DNA of 53,363 nucleotides. It comes from an uncultured Gammaproteobacteria bacterium. Its GTDB lineage: Bacteria; Pseudomonadota; Gammaproteobacteria; Poriferisulfidales; GCA-002705445. The number at the start of each line of letters is the position of its first letter. Within the stretch, counting starts at the first letter, position 1. The notes beneath the pieces were generated by a model that saw only the letters and a program-made list of their open reading frames with translations, was not told the DNA's origin and did not search any database. The stretch spans positions 1-53,363 of the forward strand of contig CAJWIN010000002.1 of NCBI GenBank assembly GCA_913042035.1, read 5' to 3'. A program made the position numbers and the translations under genes. Below, piece after piece: positions 19,795 through 31,346 of this stretch.

Positions 19795-20792
19795 TGAAAA
19801 ATATTCCAAAAATATTAGTAACTCCTGGAGAGCCTGCAGGTATTGGTTACGATATTCTTCTTGATCTTCCAAAAAAAAACTTTAAAGCAAATATAATTAC
19901 TATAGCTAGTATTGAAATTTTGAAAGAAAGAGCAGATTTATTAGAAAAAAAAATAAACTTTATAAAAATAGATATAAATGACCTAAATTTTCCAAAAATA
20001 TCAAAAAATGATATTTTGGTTCATGATTTAAAAAATACATGTAAAGTTCAAATTGGAAAACCTAATATTAAACATGTTCCTTTGATACTTAAATCACTTA
20101 ATTTGGCAGTAGAAGCATGCCTTAAAAATATTGCTAATGCGGTTGTAACTGGTCCTGTTCAGAAAAGTATTATCATGAAACATGGAACAAACTTTTCTGG
20201 GCATACAGAGTATATTGCATCAAAAACAGGTGGTGAGCCAATAATGATGCTGCACACAGATAATTTAAAAGTAGCTTTATTGACAACACATATACCATTA
20301 TTAGATGTACCTAAACTTATTACTAAAGAAAGACTAAAAATGTACATAAAAATTATTAGTAGTGAATTAAAAAATAAGTTTTCTATAGATAATCCACGAA
20401 TAAGTATATGCGGGCTAAATCCACATGCTGGCGAAGATGGCTATATTGGAAATGAAGAAAAAAATATCATTATTCCGCTAGTAGAAGATATGAAAAAAGA
20501 AGGCTTTAATCTTGATGGGCCATTTTCTGCAGATACAATTTTTACAAAAGAAAATCAGGATATTATTTTAGCAATGTTTCACGACCAAGCTTTGCCAGTT
20601 ATAAAAACCCTAGGCTTTGGAAATATTGTAAATACAACTTTAGGGCTTCCTATAATAAGAACATCCGTTGATCACGGAACTGCTCTAGACATTGCTGGAA
20701 CAGGTAAAGCAAATTCTACTAGTTTGCTAGCAGCAATCAATTCATCAATAAATATTGTAAATTACAAAAATGACAGAAAAAATTATACCTAA
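19794..20792 (+). CDS. pdxA: 4-hydroxythreonine-4-phosphate dehydrogenase
   Basis: Motifs TPGEPAGIG, GHTEY, GLNPHAGE and TSVDHGTA. I place the start at the ATG at 19794, a TAATG overlap with the surA stop, rather than the track start at 19776. Confidence 0.9.
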   Translation: MKNIPKILVTPGEPAGIGYDILLDLPKKNFKANIITIASIEILKERADLLEKKINFIKIDINDLNFPKISKNDILVHDLKNTCKVQIGKPNIKHVPLILKSLNLAVEACLKNIANAVVTGPVQKSIIMKHGTNFSGHTEYIASKTGGEPIMMLHTDNLKVALLTTHIPLLDVPKLITKERLKMYIKIISSELKNKFSIDNPRISICGLNPHAGEDGYIGNEEKNIIIPLVEDMKKEGFNLDGPFSADTIFTKENQDIILAMFHDQALPVIKTLGFGNIVNTTLGLPIIRTSVDHGTALDIAGTGKANSTSLLAAINSSINIVNYKNDRKNYT

Positions 20793-21531
20793 TAAAAGAT
20801 TAGGTCAAAATTTTCTTATAAATAAATATACAATTAATACCCTTTTAGAAATAATTGATATTTCTAAGAATGATCTAATTATCGAAATAGGTCCTGGCCA
20901 AGGAGCTCTAACTAAGGAAATTTTAAAAAAAACTAATAATTATATTGGGATAGAAAAAGACAAGAAACTTTGTAAAGTACTCGAGAAAATTAGTGCAAAG
21001 AAATTAAATATTAGAAATGAAGATGTACTAAAGACTGATTTTAGTAAAATTTATAAAGAAAAATATAGAATAGTTGGAAATATCCCATACAATATATCAA
21101 CTAAATTATTACTAAAATGCATTGAAAATAAAGATAATATTATAAATATTCATTTTATGATGCAGAAAGAATTTGTGGATAGAATTATATCAAATTGTGG
21201 TAATAAAACTTACGGAAGATTGTCAGTTTTGATGCAATTATTCTTTGTTTGCGAAAAATTTATTGATATTAATCCATCAGATTTCTATCCATCTCCAAAA
21301 GTATATTCTTCATTCCTGAAACTAACGCCTAGAAAAGAGAACTTATTAAATAAAAAAGAAATCGATGGATTTTTATCTTTTACGAAATCTATATTTAGCA
21401 AAAGAAGAAAGAAAATTAAAAACAGCTTAGATATAGAGTGTTTTGATTTATATGATAATATGGATAAAAGAGCTGAGCAACTAACAATAAATGAGATGAT
21501 CAAACTATTTCGAGATATAAATAAAAGATGA
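20770..21531 (+). CDS. rsmA: 16S rRNA (adenine1518/1519-N6)-dimethyltransferase
   Basis: 253 aa. KRLGQNFL and the SAM motif EIGPGQGALT. Position matches the pdxA-ksgA-apaG synteny. Confidence 0.9.
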   Translation: MTEKIIPNKRLGQNFLINKYTINTLLEIIDISKNDLIIEIGPGQGALTKEILKKTNNYIGIEKDKKLCKVLEKISAKKLNIRNEDVLKTDFSKIYKEKYRIVGNIPYNISTKLLLKCIENKDNIINIHFMMQKEFVDRIISNCGNKTYGRLSVLMQLFFVCEKFIDINPSDFYPSPKVYSSFLKLTPRKENLLNKKEIDGFLSFTKSIFSKRRKKIKNSLDIECFDLYDNMDKRAEQLTINEMIKLFRDINKR

Positions 21532-21908
21532 TGGAAAGTTTATACAAAATTGATATTAGTGTTAAGACTGAATATATAGAATATCAATCTGTGCCTAGTG
21601 AGGACAGGTTTGTTTTTTCTTACACTGTAAATATTACAAATGCTGGAAAAATACCGGCAAAACTAATTAGCAGACATTGGGTAATTACCGATGCAAACGG
21701 AAAAATTGAAGAAGTTAAAGGACTAGGAGTTATAGGAGAACAACCTAGATTATTAATGGGTGAATCATTTGAATATTCAAGTGGTACCATAATAAATACA
21801 CCTGTTGGAACAATGCATGGAAAATATTCAATGATTGCAGACAATGGATACGAGTTTGACGCCCAAATACCTTTATTCTCACTAAATATTCCTAAAATTT
21901 TAAATTAA
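21528..21908 (+). CDS. apaG: ApaG (DUF525) protein
   Basis: 126 aa. FSYTVNITN...RHWVITDANG...EVKGLGVIGEQP is typical of ApaG. Confidence 0.9.
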   Translation: MMESLYKIDISVKTEYIEYQSVPSEDRFVFSYTVNITNAGKIPAKLISRHWVITDANGKIEEVKGLGVIGEQPRLLMGESFEYSSGTIINTPVGTMHGKYSMIADNGYEFDAQIPLFSLNIPKILN

Positions 21909-21909
21909 A

Positions 21910-22731
21910 ATGTCTACCTATGCTATAGGCGATATTCAAGGCTGTTATAAAGAATTTAAAAAACTTCTAAAAGAAATAAAATTTAACAAAAATAAAGATA
22001 CTTTATGGTTAGCTGGCGACTTGGTAAATAGAGGACCAAATTCTTTAGATGTAATTAAATATATTATGGATTTAGATTCAAAAGCAATATCGGTATTAGG
22101 AAATCACGACTTTTATTTACTAGCATCTTATTTTAAAGCTGCCCCTTGGCCCTATCAAAAAAATAATTTTGAAGATATTCTTTCAAATAAGAATTGTGAT
22201 GAAATAATAAATTGGTTAAGACATAGGAAAATAGTCTTCGAAGATTCAAAACTAGGATATATTTTAGTACATGCAGGAATTTATCCCAAGTGGGGTATTA
22301 AAGAGATCTTATCCATGGCTTCATTAATAGAAGAAAAATTACGTGGAGAAGAGTGTAAAGATTTTATAGAAACATTATGGAGTAACAATCCCCTTACGTG
22401 GAACAAAAATTTAAGTATTAAAGAAAAAATGGTATTTTCTACAAATGTATTTACTAGAATGAGATATTTGAGAAAAGAAAACTTATCTCTCGAATTTGAA
22501 ACAAAAATATGCCCAGATGATAATAAATCTGATTCGATCCTACCTTGGTATGATTTTGATAGTGATATTTATAATAGATATAAAATAATTACTGGCCATT
22601 GGTCAACACTAGGCTTTAAAGAGACAAAAAATGTTATCTCCATTGATACTGGATGTGTTTGGAAAAATAAACTTACTGCAATAAAAATTCTTAAGAATAG
22701 GAAAGTAGTAAAATATGATATTCAGTGCTAA
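21910..22731 (+). CDS. apaH: Bis(5'-nucleosyl)-tetraphosphatase, symmetrical
   Basis: 273 aa. Metallophosphatase motifs GDIQGC, GDLVNRGP and GNHD. Confidence 0.9.
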   Translation: MSTYAIGDIQGCYKEFKKLLKEIKFNKNKDTLWLAGDLVNRGPNSLDVIKYIMDLDSKAISVLGNHDFYLLASYFKAAPWPYQKNNFEDILSNKNCDEIINWLRHRKIVFEDSKLGYILVHAGIYPKWGIKEILSMASLIEEKLRGEECKDFIETLWSNNPLTWNKNLSIKEKMVFSTNVFTRMRYLRKENLSLEFETKICPDDNKSDSILPWYDFDSDIYNRYKIITGHWSTLGFKETKNVISIDTGCVWKNKLTAIKILKNRKVVKYDIQC

Positions 22732-23210
22732 GTATTTTTTAGATATACTTCAGACTGAAAATTATGCGTATTATTTTCATCTTTTATATAACTTTCAGAA
22801 CTAATTTTATTCCAGCTGGAAAGATCAATATCAGGAAAGTATTTGTCACCAATAATTTCTTTATCTATTGTTGTTAGATAAATTTTATTTGCTTTATTTA
22901 TTGTCTGACAATATATATCCTCCCCACCTATAATAAATACTTCATCCTCATCTTTTAAAAAATTTAATACCTCTTGCAAATTATTAAAAATTAATACATT
23001 TTTATCCACTAAATTCCTAGATAAAACAATATTTTTCCTATCTGGAAGTGGCCTGCCAATTGATTGATAAGTCAATCTTCCCATTACAACTGTTTTACCC
23101 ATAGTAATTCTTTTAAAATTTTTTAAATCATTTGATAGATGCCATGGCATATCATTATCTCTGCCAATTACTCTATTTTTTGACATTGCAACGATGATAG
23201 ATATATTCAT
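22728..23210 (-). CDS. folA: Dihydrofolate reductase
   Basis: 160 aa. [23 protein letters not shown] signature. The start overlaps the thyA stop. Confidence 0.9.
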   Translation of the reverse strand: MNISIIVAMSKNRVIGRDNDMPWHLSNDLKNFKRITMGKTVVMGRLTYQSIGRPLPDRKNIVLSRNLVDKNVLIFNNLQEVLNFLKDEDEVFIIGGEDIYCQTINKANKIYLTTIDKEIIGDKYFPDIDLSSWNKISSESYIKDENNTHNFQSEVYLKNT

Positions 23211-24001
23211 ACTGCTATGGCCCCACTTATGTGCGGGTGTGATTTGTAGTTTAAGACTTTGAAATCGTCATATTTAAATGAAAATATATCTTTAACTTCT
23301 CTATCTATTTTCAGATGCGGGAGGTCATATGGTTTTCTACCTATCTGTAATTTTGCCTGCTCAATATGATTATTATATAAATGCATATCACCAATGGTAT
23401 AAATAAAATCTCCAACTGAATAATTGAGAACATGTGCAACCATATGAATTAATAAAGAGTAAGAGGCAATATTAAAAGGCACTCCTAGAAAAGCATCTGC
23501 ACTCCTTTGATATAATTGACATGATAGTTTCTTATTTGCAACGTAAAATTGAAATAAGCAATGACAAGGTGGTAATGCCATATTTTCTATTTCTCCAACA
23601 TTCCATGCAGAAATAATATGTCTTCTAGAGTCAGGATTATTTTTTAAGCTATTCATTAAGTTATTTAGTTGATCAACATAAGTACCATCTTTTTTTCTCC
23701 AGCTTCTCCATTGTACTCCGTAGATTTCTCCTAAATTACCCTCAGCATCTGCCCATTCATCCCAAATCGTGACACCATTTTTATTTAAATAATTTATATT
23801 GCTGTCACCGCTAATAAACCATAAAAGCTCATGTATTACTGATTTCAAATGAATTTTTTTTGTAGTTACTAATGGGAATCCTTTAGTAAGATCAAATCTT
23901 GTTTGATATCCAAATGTCGAAAGAGTACCTACACCGGTCCTATCATTTTTTTCAAAACCTTCGTCTAAAATATGATTTAATAAATCAAGATATTGCTTCA
24001 T
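23207..24001 (-). CDS. thyA: Thymidylate synthase (ThyA type)
   Basis: 264 aa. Catalytic PPCH motif ([11 protein letters not shown]) and YQRSAD. Confidence 0.95.
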   Translation of the reverse strand: MKQYLDLLNHILDEGFEKNDRTGVGTLSTFGYQTRFDLTKGFPLVTTKKIHLKSVIHELLWFISGDSNINYLNKNGVTIWDEWADAEGNLGEIYGVQWRSWRKKDGTYVDQLNNLMNSLKNNPDSRRHIISAWNVGEIENMALPPCHCLFQFYVANKKLSCQLYQRSADAFLGVPFNIASYSLLIHMVAHVLNYSVGDFIYTIGDMHLYNNHIEQAKLQIGRKPYDLPHLKIDREVKDIFSFKYDDFKVLNYKSHPHISGAIAV

Positions 24002-24006
24002 AAGAT

Positions 24007-24777
24007 TTAATTACCTTTCCTTATTTTTAAAATATACAGGCCTAGAATAAACATTGGAATGCAAAGTGTTTGTCCCATTGTAACCCAATTAAACATAAGA
24101 TATCCAATATGGTTATCAGGTACTCTGAAAAATTCTATGGTAAATCTAAATATAGAGTAAAGTACTAGAAAATATGCAGTTGTATGAGATACTTTTGTAT
24201 TTTTTGAAATTACAAAATTCAATATTAAAAATAAAATAACACCTTCAAAAAAAGCTTCATATAATTGTGATGGATGTCTAGGCAAAATATCAATTTTAGG
24301 GAATACAACTCCCCAAGCGAGATCAGTTGGTTTACCCCATAGCTCACCATTTATAAAATTACCAATTCTTCCTGTAAATAGTCCAATAGGTACTAGCTTC
24401 ACAATAAAATCAGATATCAAGAAAAAAGAAACTTTATTTTTTTTGCTAAAATAAATAATACTTACAAGAACGCCGAAAAATCCTCCATGAAAGCTCATGC
24501 CGCCATTCCATAAATAAAATATAGTTAAAGGATTATCTAACGTAGAGGATAAATTATAAAATAATGAATAGCCAAGTCTTCCGCCAATAAAAACTCCTAA
24601 AAAACAATAAAAAAGTAAGTCAGAGAATTGATGGCGATCAATTTTTATAACTTCATTTTTTATATATAGGTTACCCAATAACAATGCCATCAAAAAAGCG
24701 ATCAAATACATAATTCCATACCAATAAATATGAAAGTCACCTAGTGAAAGAAAAATCGGATCTATATCATGTATCAT
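24007..24777 (-). CDS. lgt: Prolipoprotein diacylglyceryl transferase
   Basis: 256 aa polytopic protein. RHPSQLYE motif. lgt-thyA pairing as in E. coli. Confidence 0.9.
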   Translation of the reverse strand: MIHDIDPIFLSLGDFHIYWYGIMYLIAFLMALLLGNLYIKNEVIKIDRHQFSDLLFYCFLGVFIGGRLGYSLFYNLSSTLDNPLTIFYLWNGGMSFHGGFFGVLVSIIYFSKKNKVSFFLISDFIVKLVPIGLFTGRIGNFINGELWGKPTDLAWGVVFPKIDILPRHPSQLYEAFFEGVILFLILNFVISKNTKVSHTTAYFLVLYSIFRFTIEFFRVPDNHIGYLMFNWVTMGQTLCIPMFILGLYILKIRKGN

Positions 24778-24818
24778 TACTAATAATTTTTATTATAAAT
24801 GTATATAATAGCAGAGCT

Positions 24819-26864
24819 ATGAAAATAAATCGTCTCTCTAAAGAAACAAGTCCTTATCTTCTGCAACATTCAGATAATCCTGTTGATTGGTACCCTTGGG
24901 GAAAAGAAGCTTTAAATAAAGCGAAAGCTGAAAATAAACCTATTTTGTTATCAATTGGATACTCTGCATGCCACTGGTGTCATGTGATGGCACACGAGTC
25001 ATTTGAGGACCAAGACACTGCAGACATCATGAATAAATATTTTATAAATATTAAAGTTGATAGAGAAGAAAGACCTGATTTAGATAAGATTTATCAAACA
25101 TCACAAATTCTTCTAAACCAAAGATCGGGTGGATGGCCACTAACCATGTTTTTATCTCATGAAAATCAGGCGCCTTTTTTTGGGGGAACTTATTTCCCAA
25201 ATTCTGAAAAATATAACCTACCAAGCTTCAAAGAACTCCTAATCAAAGTTAATGATTACTACAAAAATAATTACGGTGAAATATTAAATCACAACAAATC
25301 AATTATTAAAGCCTTAGAAAATATTGATAGAAATAATACAAGCGATGAAAATATTGATAAAAAAATAGAAGAAAAATACATAAAAAATGTAAGAAGTATC
25401 TATGATAAAACAATGGGTGGTTTTGGATCAGCTCCAAAATTTCCACAACCAAGTTTAATAATGCATATTTTTAATTCATATCAATATAATAAAAAAGAAA
25501 ATTTAGATAATTTAAAAATGGCTGTAAATAGCCTTATCGCGATGCAAGAAGGCGGAATCAATGATCAGCTAGGAGGCGGGTTCTTCAGATATTCAGTTGA
25601 TGATGTGTGGATGATCCCTCACTTTGAAAAAATGCTCTATGATAATGCATGTTTGTTAGAATGTTATTGCAAAGCTTACTTCATAACTAAAAATCAAAGC
25701 TTTTTGACAACTGCTAAAAAAACAGCTGACTGGATTATTAATGAAATGCAATCTCCAGATGGAGGTTTCTTTTCTAGTATTGATGCAGATTCTGATACTG
25801 GTGAAGGGCAATACTATGTATGGGATAAATTAGAAGTAGAAAAAAATCTGAATAAAAATCAGTTTATTGTTTTTTCAAAATACTTTGGTTTGAATAAAAA
25901 AACTAATTTTGAAAATAAATATCATTTATATGTTTCTTACAATTCGAAAGATAAATTTAACTTACGGGTTAAAAATATTGATGAAAAAATATTATATGAA
26001 AGTATAGATATACTAAATAAAATAAGGAATAAAAGAAAAAAACCTTTTACAGATGAAAAAATACTGACATCTTGGAACTCTTTAGCAATAAATTCTTTAG
26101 TAGAGTATTATAAAATTTCAAAAGATATTTCATATATTAACAGCGCGGAAAAATCTATATTTTTTTTAATAGAAAATATGCTGGATAAAAATATTCTTAA
26201 TGCAACATATAAAGATGGTAAGTCTCATATAAATGCTTACTTAGACGATTATACTTTTTTAATAAATGCCATTTTAAATTTTTTATCAATAAAATGGAAT
26301 GATAAATTATTTCAAAAAGTAATTATCTTGGCTAATGAATTAATAGAAAAATTCTTAGATTTCTCTGATGGAGGTTTTTATTTCACTTCAAAAAATCATG
26401 AAAACCTTATACAAAAACCAAAGCCAACTGCTGATGAAGCCTTCCCTTCTGGGAATAGTTTAGCTGCAAGAATATTTATTAAATTAGGTTTCCTCATGAA
26501 TGAAACGAAATATATTGATGCAGCAGATTCGGTTTTCTCTTATGCTGCAAAACAAATAAATGATTCCCCTAATGCTCATAGCTCCCTTTTAGATAGTTTT
26601 TTGTTGGCCAAAAAACCGATAGTAATAATTATTTTGAAAACAAATAATTCATCAAATAAAATTAGCCTATGGATAAATCGTATTATTAGTATTAATAAAC
26701 CTTATGTTAATTATTATTATATAAATAATAATAGTACAGGATTCAAGAATATTGATGATAAAATAGCCCTAGGTGAAGTAACAGCATATGTATGTTGTGG
26801 TTTCACTTGTGAAAAACCAATTAATGATTTCAATGAATTTTCAAATAGGATAGATCTTTTATGA
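24819..26864 (+). CDS. Thioredoxin-domain (DUF255) / six-hairpin-glycosidase-like protein, YyaL family
   Basis: [23 protein letters not shown]...[12 protein letters not shown] place the start at the ATG at 24819, because the track start at 24744 would overlap lgt. Confidence 0.8.
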   Translation: MKINRLSKETSPYLLQHSDNPVDWYPWGKEALNKAKAENKPILLSIGYSACHWCHVMAHESFEDQDTADIMNKYFINIKVDREERPDLDKIYQTSQILLNQRSGGWPLTMFLSHENQAPFFGGTYFPNSEKYNLPSFKELLIKVNDYYKNNYGEILNHNKSIIKALENIDRNNTSDENIDKKIEEKYIKNVRSIYDKTMGGFGSAPKFPQPSLIMHIFNSYQYNKKENLDNLKMAVNSLIAMQEGGINDQLGGGFFRYSVDDVWMIPHFEKMLYDNACLLECYCKAYFITKNQSFLTTAKKTADWIINEMQSPDGGFFSSIDADSDTGEGQYYVWDKLEVEKNLNKNQFIVFSKYFGLNKKTNFENKYHLYVSYNSKDKFNLRVKNIDEKILYESIDILNKIRNKRKKPFTDEKILTSWNSLAINSLVEYYKISKDISYINSAEKSIFFLIENMLDKNILNATYKDGKSHINAYLDDYTFLINAILNFLSIKWNDKLFQKVIILANELIEKFLDFSDGGFYFTSKNHENLIQKPKPTADEAFPSGNSLAARIFIKLGFLMNETKYIDAADSVFSYAAKQINDSPNAHSSLLDSFLLAKKPIVIIILKTNNSSNKISLWINRIISINKPYVNYYYINNNSTGFKNIDDKIALGEVTAYVCCGFTCEKPINDFNEFSNRIDLL

Positions 26865-27607
26865 GAGTAATAAATTTCTTCAAAAAGTTAACAAAATTTG
26901 TAATTCATATAACAAATACAAAAAAAATTATTTCAGATATTGGAGATTTTAATGTATGCGCAAATGATGAGCAGTCAGAAAAAATTAGACTGTGGTTTAA
27001 AAAAATACTAGATATTATTGAGGTTAAAACTGTTATAAGTGGCAACATAAAAAACGGGAATTATTTAATTATTTCCAATCATTCTTCATGGCTAGATATT
27101 ATAATTTTAGGTAGTACATTTAGAACAACGTTCTTATCAAAAGTTGAAGTAAGTAAATGGCCAGTAATCGGAAAAATTACTACAGCTGTTGATATGCTAT
27201 TTATAAATAGAGGGGAAAAAAATGCAGCATCTGAAGCGGTTTCTGGCATATCAAAATTCTTATCAAATAATAGAAGTGTAGCTATATTTCCTGAGGGTAC
27301 ATCTTCTGGAGGTAAAAATTTATTAAATTTCAAACCAAGACTTTTTGCTAGTTGTATTGATACTGGCCATCCAGTTCAATGCGTTATAATTAAATACCCA
27401 TATAAAAATAAAAATATACACCCCAGGGTTCCGTTTATCAGAGGTGACTCATTATTTTTAAGTATTCTTAAAATTCTTTTTCAAAAGGATATAATTGCAG
27501 AAATAAAAATTACTGAGCTAGTTGATACAAAAGATAAGGATAGAAAGTCTATTTCAAATGAGTGTTATGAAATTATAAAAAATGGAATAGAAAATAATGT
27601 TAATTAA
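26861..27607 (+). CDS. Lysophospholipid (PlsC-family) acyltransferase
   Basis: 248 aa. HX4D motif NHSSWLD and the FPEGT block. ATGA overlap with the upstream gene. Confidence 0.75.
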   Translation: MRVINFFKKLTKFVIHITNTKKIISDIGDFNVCANDEQSEKIRLWFKKILDIIEVKTVISGNIKNGNYLIISNHSSWLDIIILGSTFRTTFLSKVEVSKWPVIGKITTAVDMLFINRGEKNAASEAVSGISKFLSNNRSVAIFPEGTSSGGKNLLNFKPRLFASCIDTGHPVQCVIIKYPYKNKNIHPRVPFIRGDSLFLSILKILFQKDIIAEIKITELVDTKDKDRKSISNECYEIIKNGIENNVN

Positions 27608-28280
27608 TATATTAGAGACGGCTTTTAATTTAATCATTACTTTTGATAAAGATTTATTTGAGATTATAGGCTTATCTTTAAAGGTTACTATGTCTGCATT
27701 AATAATTGCAGTTACTATTAGTATTCCCTTTGGAGCATATTTAGTATTTTTTAAGAATAAATTACAAAATCTTGTCGTTCTTTTTTCTAATACATTAATG
27801 GGTATGCCTCCAGTTGTTCTAGGCTTATTAATATATACACTCGTTTCCAAAAAAGGTATTTTTGGTTTTCTAGATATACTTTATACTCCAACAGCAATGA
27901 TTCTTGCTCAAACATTATTAATCATTCCAATCGTTGTTTCGCTTACTTATGAGGAAATTTATAAAAAAAATAAGGAATATAATTTATTACTTAATTCTTT
28001 GAATTTAAGCAGATTAACAAAGCTAAAAACATTAGTGTATGAATCTAGATATGCTCTTATTACAGTTGCCTTAACTGGCTTTGGACGAGCTAGTGCAGAA
28101 GTAGGCGCAGTTATGATCGTTGGTGGAAATATCAACCATTTTACAAGGGTAATGACAACCTCTATTGCATTTGAAACCAGCAAAGGCAGTATAGAGTTAG
28201 CAGTTGCGCTAGGTCTAATTCTAATAACTATATCTTTTATTATAACTTTATTAATTAAATCACTTAGGAAAATAAGCTAA
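27597..28280 (+). CDS. ABC importer permease, TupB/ModB-like (anion type)
   Basis: 227 aa, multi-TM. Cytoplasmic coupling loop GFGRASAEVGAVMIVGGN resembles tungstate/molybdate-type permeases (recognised from memory). Confidence 0.65.
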   Translation: MLINILETAFNLIITFDKDLFEIIGLSLKVTMSALIIAVTISIPFGAYLVFFKNKLQNLVVLFSNTLMGMPPVVLGLLIYTLVSKKGIFGFLDILYTPTAMILAQTLLIIPIVVSLTYEEIYKKNKEYNLLLNSLNLSRLTKLKTLVYESRYALITVALTGFGRASAEVGAVMIVGGNINHFTRVMTTSIAFETSKGSIELAVALGLILITISFIITLLIKSLRKIS

Positions 28281-28976
28281 ATGAAAATTCTGCCCTTAGT
28301 TATTAATAACTTAAACTTTAATATAAGTAATAATAAAATTTTAAAGGATATAAATTTAAATTCTAATGAAAAAAAAATTACAATTATTGCTGGTAACAAT
28401 GGATCTGGAAAAAGTACTTTATTAAAAATACTCCACGGTTTGATAGAGACACCAAGAAATACCATTCAATGGGGAGGATTTTCAATTCCAGAAATCAAAC
28501 ACAGTCAGTCTATGGTATTTCAATCTCCAATACTATTGAATAGAACAACATACGATAATTTACTTTATGTAGTTAAAAATAAGAAAATAAAAGATAAGTA
28601 CTATATTGATAAAATTGTTGAGAAATTAAATTTAAAAAGTATTGAGAAAGTAAATACAAAATATATATCCGGTGGTGAAAGACAAAAGGTTGCAATTGCT
28701 ATGTCTATAATAGGTGATCCGAAAATTATTTTTTTAGATGAGCCTACATCACAACTTGATCCTGCTTATAAAAATGAGATCGAAGGCATAATAAAAGATC
28801 TTGCTGAAAACGAAACTAAAATATTTATGACATCTCATGATATAGCACAAATAAAAAGAATAGGAAAAGAAATGATATTCTTAGATAAAGGTGAAGTTAT
28901 ATATAATAATACTGTTGAAAAATTTTTCAAAGATGAACAAAGTGAATTAATTGAAAGTTATATACATTATGGATAA
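28281..28976 (+). CDS. ABC transporter ATP-binding protein
   Basis: 231 aa. Walker A GNNGSGKST, signature ISGGERQKV, Walker B IIFLDEPTS. Confidence 0.85.
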   Translation: MKILPLVINNLNFNISNNKILKDINLNSNEKKITIIAGNNGSGKSTLLKILHGLIETPRNTIQWGGFSIPEIKHSQSMVFQSPILLNRTTYDNLLYVVKNKKIKDKYYIDKIVEKLNLKSIEKVNTKYISGGERQKVAIAMSIIGDPKIIFLDEPTSQLDPAYKNEIEGIIKDLAENETKIFMTSHDIAQIKRIGKEMIFLDKGEVIYNNTVEKFFKDEQSELIESYIHYG

Positions 28977-28977
28977 T

Positions 28978-30135
28978 TCAAAAGAAACTAATATTATTAT
29001 TTGCATACTTTATTATCCCGTCTTTTAAAAAATCAGATTTTTCTATGCTTTTCATTGTTATGTTTATGACCTTATTGGCAATATCATTTTCTATCGAATA
29101 AGCTTTTTCTATAAGCTTGAGTTGTTGCCTAGCTTGCTTGTTTATAATTTTTTGGTTGCGAGCATAATCTGAAAAAAAACTTTTATCTTCAAATATTTGT
29201 TTCTTATTTGCAAAAGTATTATCAATTGCACTTACATCAGATATACCAAGATTTAAGCCCATTCCAGCAAGTGGATGGACTGAATGTGCTGAATCGCCTA
29301 CAAATATTATGTTTTCGTGTTTGTAAGTCTCCGAATCGAAACCAACTAAATTGAAGGTAATTATTTTTGAATCAGCTTTGATAACACCAAAATTGTTATT
29401 AGTAATTTTTTCTAGATAACTGCAAATATTATTGTTGTTAAACATTTCACGATCACCAAACCTATTTTTTATACTTATAACCATTGAGGATCTGTAGGCT
29501 GATATAGGAAGAAAAGCAACTGGGCCGGTTTCTAGAAATATTTGGATAGCTGAGTTTCTGTTTGATTTTTCATGCTCTATGTTAAAAACCATTGCTTTAG
29601 AAGCATAATCATCAATGATATTTTTTATTCCAAATATTTTCTTTATATTAGATTTCGATCCTTCACAGCTAAATAGATATCTAGATATAATATTTTTTTT
29701 ATCGTCAGTGCTTAATTCAATTTCCATATCATGATTATCAATTTTTTCGATTAAACAATTGTCGTAAAGATTAATATTATTATCTTTTTCTATTTCGTTA
29801 ATAAGAGCTTTCATTATTTCTTTACTTTGAGCTATATAACCGATATTTTTCTTTTGGATATCGTCTCTTCTGAAATTAATCATGTTTCTATTTTCAAAAT
29901 TTCTGTAGTAAAGATGCATCTCGCGAAGTGAATTAACATTTTTAATATTATTCCATATGTTAATATTCTCAAAAAAAGTTCTAGTTTTTTCAGAAAGAGC
30001 ATAAAATCTGTTGTTGTTTAAATTTTTAGAGAAATTTTTTTCTATAATAATAACTTTTTTATTTTGTCTGCTTAATGAAATAGCTAGAGACATACCAACT
30101 ATTCCAGATCCTACTATGACTGCATCAGCTTTCAT
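28978..30135 (-). CDS. ubiI: FAD-dependent ubiquinone-biosynthesis hydroxylase (UbiI/VisC-like)
   Basis: 385 aa. GxGxxG motif (VGSGIVG) and GDSAHSVHPLAGMGLNLG. Third gene of the pepP-ubiH-ubiI synteny. Confidence 0.7.
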   Translation of the reverse strand: MKADAVIVGSGIVGMSLAISLSRQNKKVIIIEKNFSKNLNNNRFYALSEKTRTFFENINIWNNIKNVNSLREMHLYYRNFENRNMINFRRDDIQKKNIGYIAQSKEIMKALINEIEKDNNINLYDNCLIEKIDNHDMEIELSTDDKKNIISRYLFSCEGSKSNIKKIFGIKNIIDDYASKAMVFNIEHEKSNRNSAIQIFLETGPVAFLPISAYRSSMVISIKNRFGDREMFNNNNICSYLEKITNNNFGVIKADSKIITFNLVGFDSETYKHENIIFVGDSAHSVHPLAGMGLNLGISDVSAIDNTFANKKQIFEDKSFFSDYARNQKIINKQARQQLKLIEKAYSIENDIANKVINITMKSIEKSDFLKDGIIKYANNNISFF

Positions 30136-30137
30136 GA

Positions 30138-31346
30138 TTATTCTTCTGAATTTGAGATTAAAGATTTTGAGAAATTTACGCCTAATAAATATCTTATAAT
30201 ATTCACTCGTAAATTTTTGTTCATATCCATAAATAAAAAAGACATACTTATTAAATTATTTTTTATAAAACTAGTTCCATGGACAAGTGAAGCAAGTGAA
30301 TCCGTAAATTTAACAAGTCTATTAACTTCATCAATTCTTTTTAAATGATAGTTTTTATACATTTGTGGTAGGCTATTTTTTTCTAAATTCTCGCTCTTAA
30401 TTAATTTTGTTAAATAAGCACAATCTCTAAGAGAAAGATTAAAACTTTGTGCGGCAATTGGATGAAGTGTATGAGCTGCATCTCCCAGGAGACATATGTT
30501 ATCTTTTGTGAAAGACTTATGGTATTTCAATTTTAACGGGTAGGTTTTTATATTTTTTATTTCTTGTATATTTCCACATTTATTTCCAAGAAGTTCTTGA
30601 AAATAACTTATTGAATCTAAATTATCTAAGTTATTTATATAATCAGATTCTTTTTGATTTGTTGAATATATTAGAGTCCACGAATTTTCTTTTCTGGGTA
30701 TAAGCCCTAAAATTCCCTCATTTGTGAATCTTTCAAAAGCTACTTCAGTATTATGTTGATCTGATATTACCTCGCATGTAATAGCATTTTGCTTATAGTC
30801 TTTTTGGACTTTTTCAAAAAATATGGAATCAACTAGTTCATCGGTTGCTCCTGTTGAAAATATTACAGAGCATGATTCAATATTTTTACTTCGGGAATCA
30901 TGTGTGAAAGCGATTTTTACTTTTTCTCCAGGCTCTACACTTGTAACTTCAGCATTATGCGCTATTTCTAAATTATCAACATTCGTGATATTTTGATAAA
31001 AAATTTTTACTAGTTCTTTAACTGGTACTTGGTATCCAAGAGATTCTAGATTTTCATCTGATGACTTCACTATGGTAGAACCAAAGATATTTTTTTTAGA
31101 TATATGAATATCTTTTAGTTTATTACAATGAATACTTATTGCCTGCCATAAACCCATTTTTTCAAGAATAACTCGACTAGTATTAGATAAAACTATATGT
31201 CTATCTATATTTAAATTTTCATAGAAACTTTTTGGATTGATATCTATTAAATTTATTTTAACATCAGTATTTTTCAATAAATTGCAAAAAGCTAAACCTG
31301 TTAGGCCAGCTCCAATTATAGTTATATTATTATTTTCTTTAAACAT
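30138..31346 (-). CDS. ubiH: 2-octaprenyl-6-methoxyphenol hydroxylase-like FAD monooxygenase
   Basis: IIGAGLTG and GDAAHTLHPIAAQSFNL motifs. I place the start at the internal ATG at 31346 (MFKENNNITIIGAG), giving an 8-nt overlap with the pepP stop. Confidence 0.7.
   Translation of the reverse strand: MFKENNNITIIGAGLTGLAFCNLLKNTDVKINLIDINPKSFYENLNIDRHIVLSNTSRVILEKMGLWQAISIHCNKLKDIHISKKNIFGSTIVKSSDENLESLGYQVPVKELVKIFYQNITNVDNLEIAHNAEVTSVEPGEKVKIAFTHDSRSKNIESCSVIFSTGATDELVDSIFFEKVQKDYKQNAITCEVISDQHNTEVAFERFTNEGILGLIPRKENSWTLIYSTNQKESDYINNLDNLDSISYFQELLGNKCGNIQEIKNIKTYPLKLKYHKSFTKDNICLLGDAAHTLHPIAAQSFNLSLRDCAYLTKLIKSENLEKNSLPQMYKNYHLKRIDEVNRLVKFTDSLASLVHGTSFIKNNLISMSFLFMDMNKNLRVNIIRYLLGVNFSKSLISNSEE

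Noticed and set aside
24744-24818. N-terminal 25-codon extension of the YyaL-like ORF overlapping lgt
   Set aside because: The extension has no homology-like features. The conserved N-terminus ([17 protein letters not shown]) starts at the ATG at 24819, which avoids a 34-bp divergent overlap.
27554-27850. 98-aa minus-strand ORF spanning the acyltransferase/permease junction, plus similar 60-90-aa track ORFs (for example 374-562, 1007-1204, 2118-2312, 4309-4557, 6289-6552, 16075-16405, 21285-21503, 36139-36666, 43137-43424)
   Set aside because: All lie antisense or out of frame inside well-supported genes, have biased low-complexity composition, and lack SD sequences.
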